From Antedon mediterranea (taxonomy: Eukaryota; Animalia; Echinodermata), in assembly GCF_964355755.1 (NCBI RefSeq), contig NC_092675.1, positions 18,510,912-18,574,911 on the forward strand: a stretch of DNA of 64,000 bases, written 5' to 3'. Of the stretch, positions 25,007 to 40,283 are shown piece by piece. Positions within the stretch are counted from its first letter, which is position 1, and the number at the start of each line of letters is the position of its first letter. Below the pieces are notes generated by a model. The model was not told where the DNA came from and did not search any database. It saw nothing but the letters and a program-made list of their open reading frames with translations. The position numbers and the translations under genes were made by a program.

Positions 25007-28000
25007 TCAGTTATCTAAGAAGTTTAAGATAGAGATTTAAAAAATAAGATATATATGAAAGATGTTTATTAATATAATTAAATTATTTATTAAGCAATAG
25101 GAAATGTTATCGAATCGGTTCATCATGCTCTTTAATAAAGAGTAAGAATTGTGACTGAGCACGTGGTTAGATGACGACAAGATGAAAGCAAAATCGATAT
25201 TTAAGGTACATAGTACCACGTACATAGAAAAAACGAGGGCTACTTGATCAGATATCAGCTGTTTAATGTTTTATATAGAAGACTTAATGATAGTGCTTTA
25301 AATAGGCACTAGGTCAAAAGATGAATTTACACAAAATCGTAGGTTAACAATAGAATTACTTACGAACTAGTTGTGACTGTGTCTTGAAAAATATTCTTAT
25401 AGAAATATAAATGTACCGTATCGAAATAAATAGATAAATAAAAGACGTCACATTTAAAATCAATCAAACATAAAAAAATATTGTTAAGTTATAGACATGT
25501 ATTTTTGTATTTATTGAAAATTAGTTGATATAATTTGGCACAACCCGTCCATAGGCCCTATATATTTTAATTTGTGTGGTCGACAAGTCTGCTTTATTTT
25601 GTTTACGAAGATGTCTATATTATGTGTAACCAAATGAAAAGATGAAACAAACGTACTAATAACAACATTATCACAACAAATGAATGCAATATAATCAACT
25701 AATGTCATTTGTATGCCACTACATTATCATAATTTTATCTCTCTCTTTAATATTTTTTTTTGTGTTTATTAGTTAAGAACTGAAAGCTGCCGATAGAGTA
25801 ACGAATGATCATCATATAAATGTAAAATACCTTTTAAGAGATATTTGAGTCAAGAGGATATCTCCACGACAACTTAATTCCATTCGGGAAAAACTTCCAT
25901 CACACTCACTGATACTTATACTGTGGGGTTGTAATTGCAAAACTCAGTTTAATGTGATTTCAATTCAAACTTGTCGTATCAAGTACTTAAGTAGTGTTAC
26001 GTCGCGAATAATTATAGCATATGAATCCGACGCACACAGTTACGACCTTTCCAAAGTGATTTCTAATAATTATAAATGTACAACCGTATCAGGTGCAACA
26101 ATAGTGATTTATATTTTGTCAACTCATTAGTAAATGTGGTGTAGATGTTCGATTTTATATCCCATGAGATCGTAAGCCTTTATTTGCTATATTTTTTTCT
26201 TTAGGCTACCACTTAAGTTGTTTTTTCGTGTCTTATCACTACACTAAGGCGATAATGCCTAATCCTTATGGGAGCCCAATACCATTTTGGTATACGCATT
26301 TATATATGTGATGCCTAATTTACTTAGCTATAAGGAAACCTACAGAACGAATATATGCGTAAGACTATGCAAGGAATACATTTAACGCCCATACACGCAG
26401 AAAAAGATAACACTGCGTATATATAACCATTAAACAATATCGTACTAAAAGCTAACGAGTTCTTTACGAGATAATTAACTCATTTGTTAAAACTGAAAAC
26501 AAGACTTGTTCCTGATTTCAGCCTACTTTTTCATCATTTATTTTTAAAATTATAAAAACATCATCTTCTTAATCTTACCTTGTGACATTATGTAGATCCG
26601 ATTGTAATAGTTGTACTTGTACTAATTTCAAAGTCTGTGTGAAATAATAAACTAAATGTTTTTATTTATGAAACAATGTCTAGATATTCTATGACATTCT
26701 CAGTGTATCAGCAATAATATCAATAGTCTTAGCGTCCAGTTACCTCAGTCACTAAAGTTAACTATATTTTTTTTAATCCAAATATGAAATTGCCTATATG
26801 GTATATTTACATTAATTATGTTTCTTTATAGAAGGCACAAGTTTGGGTTTTTGTAAAAGTTTGTTTGTTGTATTTTTGTTGGTTAGGCCTATCATGAGTA
26901 GACGTTGTTGTCAGAATACATTGCCTCAGTCGCATGCCCTCTTCATGATAGCCTTTTGGCACATCAATGATGGTCGGCGCGTGACTATGAATTAAGTTAC
27001 CAAAAAGACTATAGATTGCTATGTCAAACTAGTTAATAGTTTAAAACGTAACTAATTTGAACTAAATACCAAGTTTAGATATCCAATGACGCGTGCAATA
27101 TATCAAATAGATAGTGTGGTGGCTAAGATATATAATAAAAGAAATGTAATTCATTTTATGTGTAATTCTTTACATGAATCACTGCATAAAATGTGCCTTA
27201 TTAGGAGAGAGTGGAACTCAAATGCATGAGAAAAAACCCTCTTACTTTGAATATAAATTTTGTATTCTGCCGGCATGTGAACTGTGAAAGTTAAGGGTGC
27301 GTAACATGCGCACGACTCGGTAGAGTCATGGTTGTTTTTATTTATACTGCGCCTAATGTTCTTTTTCTGTGTTCTGACACATTCAATTGTTGAAAAAGGA
27401 ATTACCAACACTCGTAGTCGATTCTCGGCACTGTAACTTTGTCAAGTCATAAGCAATGTAATACAGTGTTAAATGTATTGCATTTGCTTGGGCTTTGAGT
27501 CTTACCTATCCACAATATGGATGTACCACATGTCTGCCTATGCTACTGGACATATAATGCCACCTGGAGGTATATATAAGTGCAGAGAATCGGCTGACAT
27601 GAGCGCTTAATTTTATTATATTATCGTGTATTCCGTTAAAACGTTCTATCTTATGTTACGTTGATTTGTTGGTGTTGTATGTATATTGTACAAAATATAT
27701 TCTACTGATGTCATTGATATGAAGCAAAATGATGTGTATATTAATACTATTTAAGTTGAAATTATATTGTTGAAGATTGAATTAATTGTTGTAATTATAG
27801 ATTGAAAGTCATAATAAAATAAATATCAGTTAAACTAATCTTATGACAAATCTTTTGTTACGTCCCAAACACTAGAATGACAGTGTAAAAGTTCAGTCAC
27901 TCAAAATAAAGAATTAAAACGAGTATTGCCAAATTTTAAAAACCGAATATATGACAATGTTCATGAAATAAAAAAATAGCTAATATAGTATAAAACAAGC

Positions 28001-31000
28001 CATGTGACTTTAAAATAGTATGAGGAAGGGGATTTTTTTTTTCGCGTTATATAATAACATACACATCATTAACAAATAATTTCTCCCGAATATTCATCCA
28101 AAATTATAGACACGCATAGTTAAAATTTGTAAATCAGTTACCACTGCTCACACGTCCTTATCATTGGATGAGTAAGTAGATGATTATATACAAACCTTAC
28201 TGACAGCCAATGATAAACTTTCATCTATATGTTTGATTACCCGTCATGCACTATAATGTGTTAATCTAGCGAAACTTAACTTTTGTCTAGAAATCAACGA
28301 GCCCTGGCAATTTTGAGAACGCGATATGGAAAAATTAACGCGTTGTAACGAACACACATTAAACCTGCTTGGTGAATCAACTAAAACACACAAAAACAAA
28401 TGGGTAGAGGTTCTTGCTAATAATTATATATAACGTTATCAGTAGTATTTGGTAATTGTACATCTAAATTAGTTATAAGATATGGAATGTGATTAAACAC
28501 ATTTCGTCACTACTAGAAAAGAATGTAATTTGAAACAATGTTATAACAAACGTATAATTATTCAAATTGAATAAATTAGAAATGATAACTCTTATTTCCT
28601 CAAATATTTCATAGAAATATGAATAAAATAAATAAATATAATGACAACCTTTCCGAAAACTGTTCCTCCTCAATATTTACATTCCTTGTCAGCCAAGCAG
28701 GGCATATACTACAATTGCAATTCTACATTAAACAAGAAATATTTCTTTTACAAATGTTTTTGAATGTGTCATTTTATTGTCACATAATAGTTATTTTACC
28801 TGAAAAAAAATGTAATTTAAAGCAACAAATACTGAAATTGTCTGTCAGACAATGGTTTTGGGGTTTTCTTTTCTCTTTTTATATGTGAATAAATATTTTT
28901 TTTTTGTTACAGAAGTGAATACTCAATTTCTGTCACATTAGTTAATTTTATTTCTAAGGTCAAGTCTGGGGGTCACTTCATCACCCTAGATATTTCAAGT
29001 GTTAAGTATCCTATTACAAACACAAACTTTAATGGACTGTTTTGATAATAATTCAATGAATATCTGACAGTAAATTACAGTCAAAAGCCAGTATTATAGT
29101 CAAATGGGACTCATAAATAAATAAATAAATGGGATTTGTAATTTTAGCATGACATGTCCTAATAGACTCTTTTCCCAGACGTTTTTTGGGTCTAGAAGCT
29201 GGAATCTATAAATTATAGTGGAGTTTCCATTTTCGCAAAACTGTCGTCCTTAGAACTATAACTGCTGCTTGCTTTAGCTTCTGATTGAGTAGTCCTAATG
29301 GGACGTAGCGGGCTAGAGCAGCAGCGTAAGTACAAACATGAAAAATAATGGTTTTCCACATACACCTTTGCTTCTTATGGCGCCCCATCTCTGTGAAGGA
29401 CGTAGGCCTAATGACCAACGGAAAACAAAGAATTACCTGATACAATTTTAACTTATAACTTTTCGATTCTGTCCCCTCTGTGATGTTCCCATCATTATGA
29501 AATTAGATTAAAAACGACCCAGTCGTTAAAGTACGGTATCATGGCATGGCTATAATAGACAGAAGCCGGTATCGCGTCTGCTGACGGCAAGCTTCGTCCC
29601 ACATGGGCTACTGTATTGTTTGCAATTTGTTTTTACTTTTTATATGGGATATTTGTGCAGAGTGCAGTCAATGAATACATTTTAAATCAATTAGCGACTT
29701 AGTTTCAATGAAACGGGTGTATTCTTATTTCATGCAATTAATGTGGTTTGTTTAAACTAAAATATTGGTAGGCCAAATCCGATAGGAGGTGTTAAGTATA
29801 ATGTTTGCCTAACAATTATGTGCTATTATTATATGTCATATTATTTTATGATTAATAACAGTAACGTATGCATCTGTAATCAATTCAAGCAAGTGTATAC
29901 TCATGTATGTTTATTTTAATGTGCTAATCACATGACATGATGAGTGGTTGGCGGAGTTGTAGTAGTAATTCAGACTCCAAATGTCGTGATTTTTGGGAAT
30001 AATCTAGCTGTATAACCATACCCAGTTTACTTTACTAAGATACCATAACGAGGTTTTTTTATTGCCGAAATGTATTAGTTATTGATTTATTTATTAGCAA
30101 AAATATATTTATAATAATACTAATAATTATAACCTAGGCTATTTACCATTATAACCAATGAAATGTCAGCAGTGACGTCACATTTTTTGCCTACATTGTG
30201 TTTGGGTAATTGATAAGGCATTTATTAAATGTTTCATTTTATTAATTTTCGTTCTAATTTTCGAGTGCCTCCAGACATATTAATTCACTAACGGTTCTTG
30301 AAAAATAACCAATGCAACATAACTCGTATTTTTTATTCAATAACCTGACTTCTTAGGTGGCTTTCAAAATACTAAAGGTGAATTGAAAAGATCATTCCAT
30401 TATTCTTTGATACTGTTTCTTCAATACAGTATAATACACACAATTCTAGATATTTTCGCATATATGGTGGGAAGGTGTAGGAGCCTAAAAAGAAAATATT
30501 TATAAATAATAATAACACAACAAATAAACTAGATAATAATAATATTATGCTAATAAAACTATTAAAATATTTTCAAGTTAAGACGTGTCTAATTTAGATT
30601 AAACCAATAATCAATTAATATACGATATATTAAGTACAGTTACAATCGCTTCTTTGTGATAAACCACCATCAAGAGGACACCCCTATTAAGGGTTCTTTA
30701 AGGGGCAATATAAGTACTACATAACATATTCAGAAAACACCATTAGAGCCAGGCTTTATAATAATATTCAATTTTTGTATATCGTGACAAATATTAATGA
30801 AGTTATGTAACAAGTTCGTCAACAAAACAATCATAGATGGATATGTTTATTTTATCTTAGCATTAGTTGATTTTTAAAAGTTAATTTATATCAAGAGCTA
30901 CTCACCCAGAAGTATATATTGGTATATTTAAAGTACTAATTTGAAGTAGAAGTCTAGACAGTGAATATTAATTGTGATATTACATAATTAAAGTCACTTC

Positions 31001-34000
31001 TTAGTTAATATCATTATTAAAGTCCACACTCCACTACTACAAGTAGATTATAATAGTAATTTTCTTTATGACTTCTTGTAGGGCCATACATTTATATCGA
31101 AATGTTTAGTAAAAATATAGAATAAACCATTTTAAAACAGAAATGGCACTTAAATGAATTCATAGTAGTAACTTATCAGATTCCAAGAAGCATTGCATAA
31201 TCAATTTCATGAATTCATTATTTAGTGCGGAACTATTATTCACATTGCATGCCACTATTCGACTTTATAGTGCTAGTTATACGTACAGTTAATACACTGC
31301 ATTATGAAACTGATATAGAAATATTAAGTACATTTTTCATACGATATCCCTTGCCATATTTCTAGTTGTAAGGGATAGCAATTGCGTTTTGCAGTAATGT
31401 TATAAAGTGTTCTATAAGGCTGTATCGATTAGACTTCGACCGGTGTACATTAATCTCTTTTACGACTCAGCGGTATAGGAGCACTTTTTCCCCAGGAGTG
31501 CTTGAATGATTCCGACGATCGAACAGCCGCTAAGTGCTCCACTTCCTAACATTTTCTTTTAGACACATTTGTAGCTATAATGTTCATGCTGTTCTTGATA
31601 AAAACTGTCTGTAGGTATGTGTATATTGACACATTTGATTAGCCACTAGAAATGTGAATGTTGAGTGAGTGATCCAAATAAAGAATTATAAAAATGATTA
31701 ATCGATTCAGGACTCCTCGGTATTGGCATTTTAATTTATCGGGGTGTGGGTAAAATTGATTATATATTGGAAAATAGATTTATAGATCGACAAATTGATT
31801 TATTGAGAAACAATAATTGAGGTAAGATCCACTAAAAATTGCAAAATAAAATTACAATAATATTATTTTAACTGAAAGCGAGTTAATCGTAAGAAAATAT
31901 ATTATATAAAAAACGATTCTCTTAAGGAAAATATGGGATATAGCTTTTTAGCATTCAGTACTGATTATAATGAATAGTTTATTAATACCTCTTGGCGAAT
32001 TTAGCTCTTACCATTAACCGTTATTACTGTGATTTTACCTCTATAAGACTTATTGTTGACCACACGTATTCAATTGCTTGTTGTGTTTTTAACATTGTCA
32101 TCTGCACTCGATTCTGAATTGTGATATATATTGTGGATTAGTCAACTTACCAAGAACTGCATTTACTTGGCCGTTCAATTTACGTTCAATTATTTATCTT
32201 AAGAATGGATCAAATCCGAGCTCCAATATTTTATTTTAACGTAGAATAGCACTATCATTTCATAGCGTCTTGTTTTTTGTTTTTTTCAAAAGAGCAGGTA
32301 AGTGATGATATTGGTTAGGTTAGAAGCAAAACATACCCGAAAATGTCTTACACTGAAACCTCGGATGAAGTAGATCCAAGAAATAAGATCAAGTAACACA
32401 ACTGAAACAATGGGATAATTGCACTCGATTCCGCAGATAAATTTTAACTGTCTATTGACAGTCATCTAGATACGAATATGTGTAAATCCATTTTCTGGAG
32501 GCGTTATTTACACATTTCTGTCAGTGAAGATTTTAACAAAACTTTTTATTTACTATAATTCCGTGTTAAATACTGGCAACCTGTCTAAACATGTCTTTTT
32601 AATACAGTACTGAAACTGTTCCTAAGTACAATATCAAACACCAACAGATAATATGTTACTTTTGTAATAATTGTTTTGTACTTTTACGTTGTATTATAAC
32701 TACATTAAAATTTCAAATGAAATGTTTATCTATATAAATTATGTGTTTTGTTTCTTAGAAAGATGCATGGAAGTCATGTACACTGAATAACTCACCATAC
32801 TCATGTGTTGTTGTTCTCTTTATTTTAGCTGTTCGTTGTGGTTGCTCTACTTGTAGCTACGACCATATTGGCATGAACTCGTTGTGGAGTTTGTCTTTGT
32901 ACAACACACAAGGAACTTTCGAATCTATACAACAGGTTCGCTTTCATTTCTTCATTCTATTTCTAATAGAGCTAAAACCATCATACAAAATATAGGAAAG
33001 TGTGCCTGTGCATGTTGAACTTGGTATTAGTAAACAATTACAAAGGATTACCATAAACATTATAACGAATTGACGTTCATACTTTACTGCAATACTGGTA
33101 ATTATGGGTGCATGAACCTAGCTTTACAATAATACACAGTCTTAAACTTGGATATGAGAGACACTATAAGCTCACATTATCCATTAAATCTGCTTATTTT
33201 GCATGTACCCTGCTTGTTGAATGTCACATGGTATGAAACAGTTATTTTGTTGACAGAATGAACAATGCATACAATGTATATACAGATACTGTACAGTAAT
33301 AAATTAATAATAGGCCTACATACAAAACATAATATGAAAAACAAATAGCGTAGTTAAGTCCTTACCAGTCTCCAGACAATGTTATCGACAGGAGCAGCAG
33401 AGAAACGTGAAAGGGGTGGAAATGGTAATTTGTTGTGCCTATCAAAGTTTTACATATTTTAATTTTAATATTGATACCTTTAAACGTTTCTAATTTCAAT
33501 TGTTATCACGTGTTCAAATAATATAAATTAACTTTCATATAGTTAATGTGTTGGTAACTTTTCTATGCTACTTTACTTTGATACAGAATTTACAGATCTG
33601 TTGTAACCAAAGCAGCAAAGTATGGTACGCATTATTAATGTAGTACACAACTTCGATAGTTCAGAAATGACTGCAATAAACAAGCGTAGCTCGATTAGAT
33701 TAATTGATGGAAATCCTTTTTAAAGAAGCAAATATTTAACCAGGCCTATAAATAAATTGTTACCGTCATGCAATATATTAACATTCTGATTGATAGTTGA
33801 GCTAGGCTTACGATGCATATTGTTTGCATTGGCCTATGGAAAAATAACCAATACATATATTAGTATAATATATCGCAATATTCAATATTCCATTATGTAT
33901 AAACAGAGGAACTCATGTGGTTTTATATTGTAAATACATATAATCATATAGGATAAATTATTATTGTGTTTCGTAAACAGAGGGGTTATTAAAACGATAA

Positions 34001-35009
34001 TTAAACTAACTAAACACAGATTTTATGAAATTAATGAAGTTGTAATGCATTAGTTATGTGACATTTTGACTGATATGGTAATATCTCATAGTGTTTTACA
34101 GGTGTGATTAATTGGTTTCAACGGGCGGCGGTTTTTTTAACAACAAGGCTAACATCTCCTCGATGCATTAACATTAGAAATATGCCTGTAGTTGAACTAG
34201 ACAGGCAACGTAATAAATTGTCCAATGTGCCTATTAGCACGGGATCAGCCTTTCTTATCAGACACTAAGGACATTTTTAAAGCTAAAACACAACGTTATT
34301 ACAGTCATCAACACGAGATGTAAAAATCTCAATATTCTAATTACGTGAGAAGTAGTAATATTCCAATTTTTATATTTCTGTCATATGCCTATACGACGAA
34401 CCACGATAAACAACAGAAGGAATGTATGTATGTGCAAATAACTGATATCAAAACAGACTTATGTATTCAGATCATAACAACGTGATAACACCACGATTCA
34501 TGATAAAGAACATTACATTGTATTAAAAGTATTTAGGCGTGATGAATGTCTTTGTTCATAGTAATGTAACGAAAAAAATCACAATACTTAACAAAGCGAA
34601 AACATATTACTCGATTCAGAGCAGGAACTCACCACCTATAACTGCAATTCATAACTCGGTTACATTCATCTCTTGCAACTGAAATAAATCTCGTATGCAA
34701 TTATTTCTCTTCTCTTGCCTCCCAACTCAAATTATCTTTATACAACCTGGATTGATTAATTCTTTTGCAACTGAACCAAGTTATGGTATTGCAACTTAAT
34801 ACAAATTCATTGCTGTTACTTAGCTCTCATTTTTCATTCATTCATCTTTTATTTCGGAAAAAAATTAATTCTCCATAGCTCAAGAAAAAATTAGTGTCTA
34901 CATTATTATAAATATATGGAAACAAAAATATATATAAATATAAATCCAAAGGAAAATTACTGAAATAATGACAATGCTGTGGGTATCAGTGACTGGATCC
35001 CAATGGAAA

Positions 35010-35430
35010 TACAAAAAAAAAGCGAAAAGCTAAATCAAAACGATAAAGTAAAACAGCCAGAAAAGTTAGCAGAGCTTTCGGGCAACACTAGCCCTTCATC
35101 AGTGCAAGTCGTATATATATATAAATATATATATAATTATAAAAAAAAAACCTACGCCACATAGTCACGTGGTTAAAAACAATAGCTTCATCCACCTACC
35201 ATGCAGATTGGATGAAAGAAGAGCAAATTCATAAATACATTTTGTGACCATATTGCCTGACCATATTGCCTGTCCTCCCCAACCTGCTCAACATGCCATA
35301 CACTTTACGCTGTAGTTCGTAGAACGAGCAGATGGGGTTTTCTAAAAACGTAAACTCAAAATACACACGTCGACACGCCCTGGCGGATTCAGACTGTTGA
35401 AGTAGGTGGAGGGGTGAGGGTCTGTTAATG
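35010..35430 (-). mobile_element. Penelope-like retroelement remnant
   Basis: Contains a PLE-type hammerhead motif. The adjacent GC-richer block (35260-35430) resembles a decayed coding end, but the GIY-YIG similarity is weak. Confidence 0.4.
35066..35107 (-). ncRNA. Minimal type I hammerhead ribozyme motif (Penelope-type)
   Basis: Minus strand reads TTGCA-CTGATGA-A-GGGC-TAGTGTT-GCCC-GAAA-GCTC-TGC: core CUGAUGA and GAAA, stem II GGGC/GCCC, palindromic AGCT stem III, stem I GCA/TGC. Confidence 0.6.
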
Positions 35431-38400
35431 ATAGAACTACAACATTTAAATAATACATTTTTATTTCAGTTTATTTTAATTATTCTTATAGGTCTTACAC
35501 TGACATATTAAAAAATACTGAAACAACTCTAGTTAAAACGCGGTTCGTAAAACTATATTGTAGGCCTACAGACTTTTGCTCATGTGTCCTACAGTTCTTT
35601 CCTACTTCAATGAAACATCAATTACTTATGAACAAATAGAAAGTAAGGACATTTGGTAACCCTAAATAATTCGAAAATTAAGTCCGTTGAAGTTGCTTTA
35701 AACATTATTTTATGTATTTATTATGAATGTATGTTGTAAATAAATCTTTAATAACACCACAGTCAACCTGATGTATACAGTAAACTACAGAACACCAATC
35801 ACAAATCACGACAGAGCCAACTTAATATTTCACCCCTGGGAGTAGATATAATACACAAAGACGGAATTATATAAAATACTACACCTCATGAGACAAGTTG
35901 TAAAAATGTGATGCCTATGATTTTGGCCGAGCGACCGACATTTACTCATTCCTCAAGAAAATACTAAAAGAATAGCATGTTAAAATATCACATAATGATA
36001 ATAACATACCTTAACTATATGTGCCTAATGATAATGTGACCTAGAAACTGTATTACCTGTAATAAGATAAGATTTAGTATGTCATTATTAATAATTATTA
36101 TCATTTTTGTCATAGTTATTACCGTATAAATTATTATTTAAAACCTTATGTTTAAATATTATTTGGTACGATATTTTCATTTAATTTCTTTATTCAAATT
36201 CAAAACAATATTAAAAACAGTCAGGGTAGCACACAGCATTAGTCAATGGCCAAACTTATTTCCATTGTGGCCATGTGATACTTAACGTTTTGTGATAGTT
36301 GTTTTATAGGATTTTATTATATTGAAATATTTAAAAAAAATTGTTTATCTTGGTGCGTTTTGGTTGGGGTGGTGGAATTTAAACTTACGACATTGAGTGT
36401 GCCTTTGTCAGATCTAATGTGACTCAAAGACATTCGTATATCAAAACACGAGTTTATGCTAACCATACCATTGACTTTCAATAATTTAATCAATCAATCT
36501 CTATATTTTTTTGGTGATCAAGTTATCTGTAATTATATTATTAATCTGATTCATAATATATAAATTTAGCAGCAACGTAATTTTGGTAATAGCGAAAGAT
36601 AATGAGATGATATCCCTCGTTTTCCAATAGACTCATGTTATTTCGGATGAATTCAATATATTCGGAACATGACGTATATTTCGATATTAATGTAGGACGC
36701 TGTAGGCTACAATAATAATGACAAATATACATACATCTAGATAAATCATTCAGACAAAGAGACTGTCCTTTTTAAAAAAATGTAACGTTTAAATAAATTA
36801 AATAACTGAGTTGTTGTTTCATTAAATATTTTAATCTGTATTATAACTCAAGTCGAGTTAATGTCATTAATAATCATGATGAAATTGTAATGTAATTGTT
36901 ATCAATAAATATATCAATGAATACTGTATATTCAAATAGTATTTAATTAAAAAATAAATTATAATAGCCGTAATACAAATTGCAGCAGATGACTATAACT
37001 GTATTATAGTTATACCAACAATTCGGAACGTCTTGGTCATGTTTAGTATAGAGAAGCACTGTTTCTATTTGTTGTTATCAATTGATAATAAGGCATGATG
37101 ATTAGAATTAGTTAACATAGTCATTTAAATTGCAATAATTACATTTTTATCTTCAGTATGATTTTAAATGTGTGTACAATTTCATACATACCGATGAAAA
37201 AGATATCGATTAATTCACTTTAAAAAACCCCACAAGTCATTTTTACAATAGAACTAAAAATAACAACAAACGTTTTGAAATAGGTATGCCATTGACTAAT
37301 TAATTAAATACAACACAAATTCATCAAGCATAAGGCCAACAAAACACATTAGTTCGTGCAACTATTGAGTCAAATCTAATCGAAATACCAATAAATCAAT
37401 CGGCATGCTAGCTTAATTAGCCAATCGGATCGATACACTCCGGAAATAAACAATAGATTCTGGCAAGACAAATTGCAGCAGATGACTGCCACAACGAGAA
37501 ACTTTTCCGGAATTGAACGACATAAGTAAATGCTGTGACGTAACCCTTGATGTAACGCGCCAACAACCAATGTCAAAACTAAATCAACTTTTATTGCCCC
37601 GTTTAAGATCACTCGATTTGCGACTCAAAGTGTTGTATTTCCTACGCAATGATTTTGCTAATTAACATTAAGCATTCGTCATTCAGAATAGTTAGTGAAA
37701 TAATGTTTCCAGTTAATAAAGAGTGTGCATAATAATTAGTAAAAATACGTTGGAAATATAATGTTATAAGACATTTGAGAAGAAAGGAGATAAGTAATAA
37801 TTTACTAAAAATTCCATCTAAGCCACATTTTAACATTATTTTAAAGAGAAAATACAAATTAGACTTCTATGAATTCATGATTCACACTGTATAACTAACT
37901 CATTAAGCAGTTTGATTTGTTTGTCTTTAGTTTCCTTAAAGAAAAAATCAGATCGAAATCAATAATATGAACAATGTTTAAAGATCTTTTCTCTTACTAT
38001 TACGAATCTGTTAATATGGTAATTTCTAGGGAATATACTTGACATCATAATTAGTTTTCATATGTATAGAATTACAGTATTTTAATAATACAACATATTT
38101 ACCACCAAATAAGAACTTTAAGCCGATATCACCTGTAATCGTTTTGTTGATGTCCAACCCTACAAAGTGTTCTAATTTGTAAATAAAATATGAAAAATAT
38201 ATATGAAACGCCTTAAGGGTCGAAATTGGATACTCACATTTTAAAGATCGATGTTTTAAGCGTTGTTCTAATTCTCAATCTTAAATAAGTAAACCTCATA
38301 GTATCGGTATGCTTAGTTTCACATATTGTATTTCAAGCGAAAATTGACAAAATTGAAATTGATCTACATCTTATAAAATAAAGTCGATTTTCAAGAGGTT

Positions 38401-40117
38401 ACTTAATGTTAGCCTTTGTTTTAGTGACTTAATACAAAATTATTATAGATACTAATACGTTTTCTTCTGAAAGTACAATTTCCTTTAGGCACAGTACACA
38501 ACAGTAAATGCCAATCAAGCAAGTCTGTCTGTATCTTAGTTAACATATGCATGCGTTTATTAATGACAATGTTTTTTTGTGAGACTAATTTTTCACTAGG
38601 ACTATTTAAGTTCATAATTATTAGTATCATTATCATATTCCGACAACAGTCTGTACAAAACATATATAAATGTTACATTTTTATGAACATACAAAATTAA
38701 AAATAAAACATACGTTCACAAACTTTATTTCGTACTAACTGTTCTAACTTTCTAAGTAATTTACATTATCACTTTGTAGAAAATAAACCACATTTAGTGT
38801 CCCTCTCCTATATACGTCAGATAGATATGTGACTTATTACATCTAGCCTATTACTTAAATATCAAATTCTCTATGTTTCATGTTCTTATAAAAAAAAACA
38901 CGTGGTAATCTACTTTACAACAAATGTATTTGAAAATCCTTTTATTGTGATAAATTGGCTCAATTTGTACGCATTGTGAACGCTCTGCTTACATTATGTG
39001 TACATGTCTCTAAGTGTTTATGTTTATCGTGCATATTTTCGGTGTAATACTGCTTGAATAGGGCCTGGATAGAATAGGGTTGTACTATGATCACTAAACT
39101 TTAAAAAAAAATTTAGTATTAACTTAAATCTTGAAGATAAAACAAACAAAAGACAAATTGTTTTATTATGCTATCACATTGTTATTAAATTCATAATATA
39201 CAGTAATATCTTGGTGAATTTTTTTAAAGAATCAAATCGTAATTTGAAATATTAATATCTTTTCAATCGTTTTAGACACTTCGTTATCTTACGTACGTAC
39301 TTATGTCCTCGCGCAAATCTTGTAAACTTTAATATCGTAATATTCTAATGTTATAGTTATTTAAAATTAAAATATAACGCGTTACAACGTTTAAGCGTTA
39401 CGAAAGCTTCGTTTGCTGCATGCGTAACGCATTGACGTGCTCTATTTTTAATGCCTGGGGCATTATATCTAATCAGAATGTGTTTTTGATAGACACTATA
39501 TCATATTTCACTTTTTAGCGCAAAAGTCAGCTTCAACTAGCGATTTATATAGCCAATAACTATACTATAACTCCAATGATATATGAACACCTTTCAAAAT
39601 GACGAATTAGTTGGTGATTTATAGACTTAATTTTGTCGTAAACGCGATTCGTCTCGTCCCAACTAGTATAATTCTTACTCGCTCACGCGTCTCATTACGC
39701 TAATAAAATCTACTTCGACATCTCTAATTGGACAACATATCCTACGTACATGTTATGAAATTAGTTTTCCTTATTCAGTTTGAAATTATTAATTTTACGA
39801 TTGGAAATTTAATAATTGACATTTTTTTTTACCAGAGGCAAGACCATATTTAAATTAATTTAAGCTGATAACAAATTGCATGATTTAGTTGTATTTAAAT
39901 GTATTCTTTCTTATGATACAGTGTGTCATACAATGCAATAACTCTCACAAAATTATGGTTGTATTATACAAAATGTAAATTAACAAAACAAGATTCAAAC
40001 CTCCGTACTAAAAACAATTAAATAATTAATAACATTATAGAAAATCATCGTTGATCAATACTAAAACATGCATCAATGACCCATACATGAAGTTGCGTTC
40101 ACCAAACACCAGATGTA

Positions 40118-40283
40118 AAGCTCTGTCTACACTGTCGAACTTTATGTGACAAAAAAAATGTGATGATATGCCCATATATGGACATGATGATGTCATATCA
40201 CTACCATATTTGGGTATATCACTATCATATTTGGGCACATCACACTTTTTTTGTCAAATTAGTTTGATAATGTGACAGAGCTT
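40118..40283. mobile_element. MITE (~165 bp), TIR AAGCTCTGTC(TA)CA, TA-flanked
   Basis: TA|AAGCTCTGTCTACACT...ATGTGACAGAGCTT|TA; largely palindromic; homologous copies at 44083, 45510 and 48796. Confidence 0.85.

Noticed and set aside
29206-29610. GC-richer block with a 79-aa minus-strand ORF
   Set aside because: No recognisable protein motif or termini; possibly a decayed repeat, cannot be assigned.
10728-35841. COE/UNC-3-like sites GCCCCAGGGA (10728) and ACCCCTGGGA (35832)
   Set aside because: Each mismatches TCCCNNGGGA, they are isolated, and the first may lie in a repeat remnant; not supportable without conservation data.
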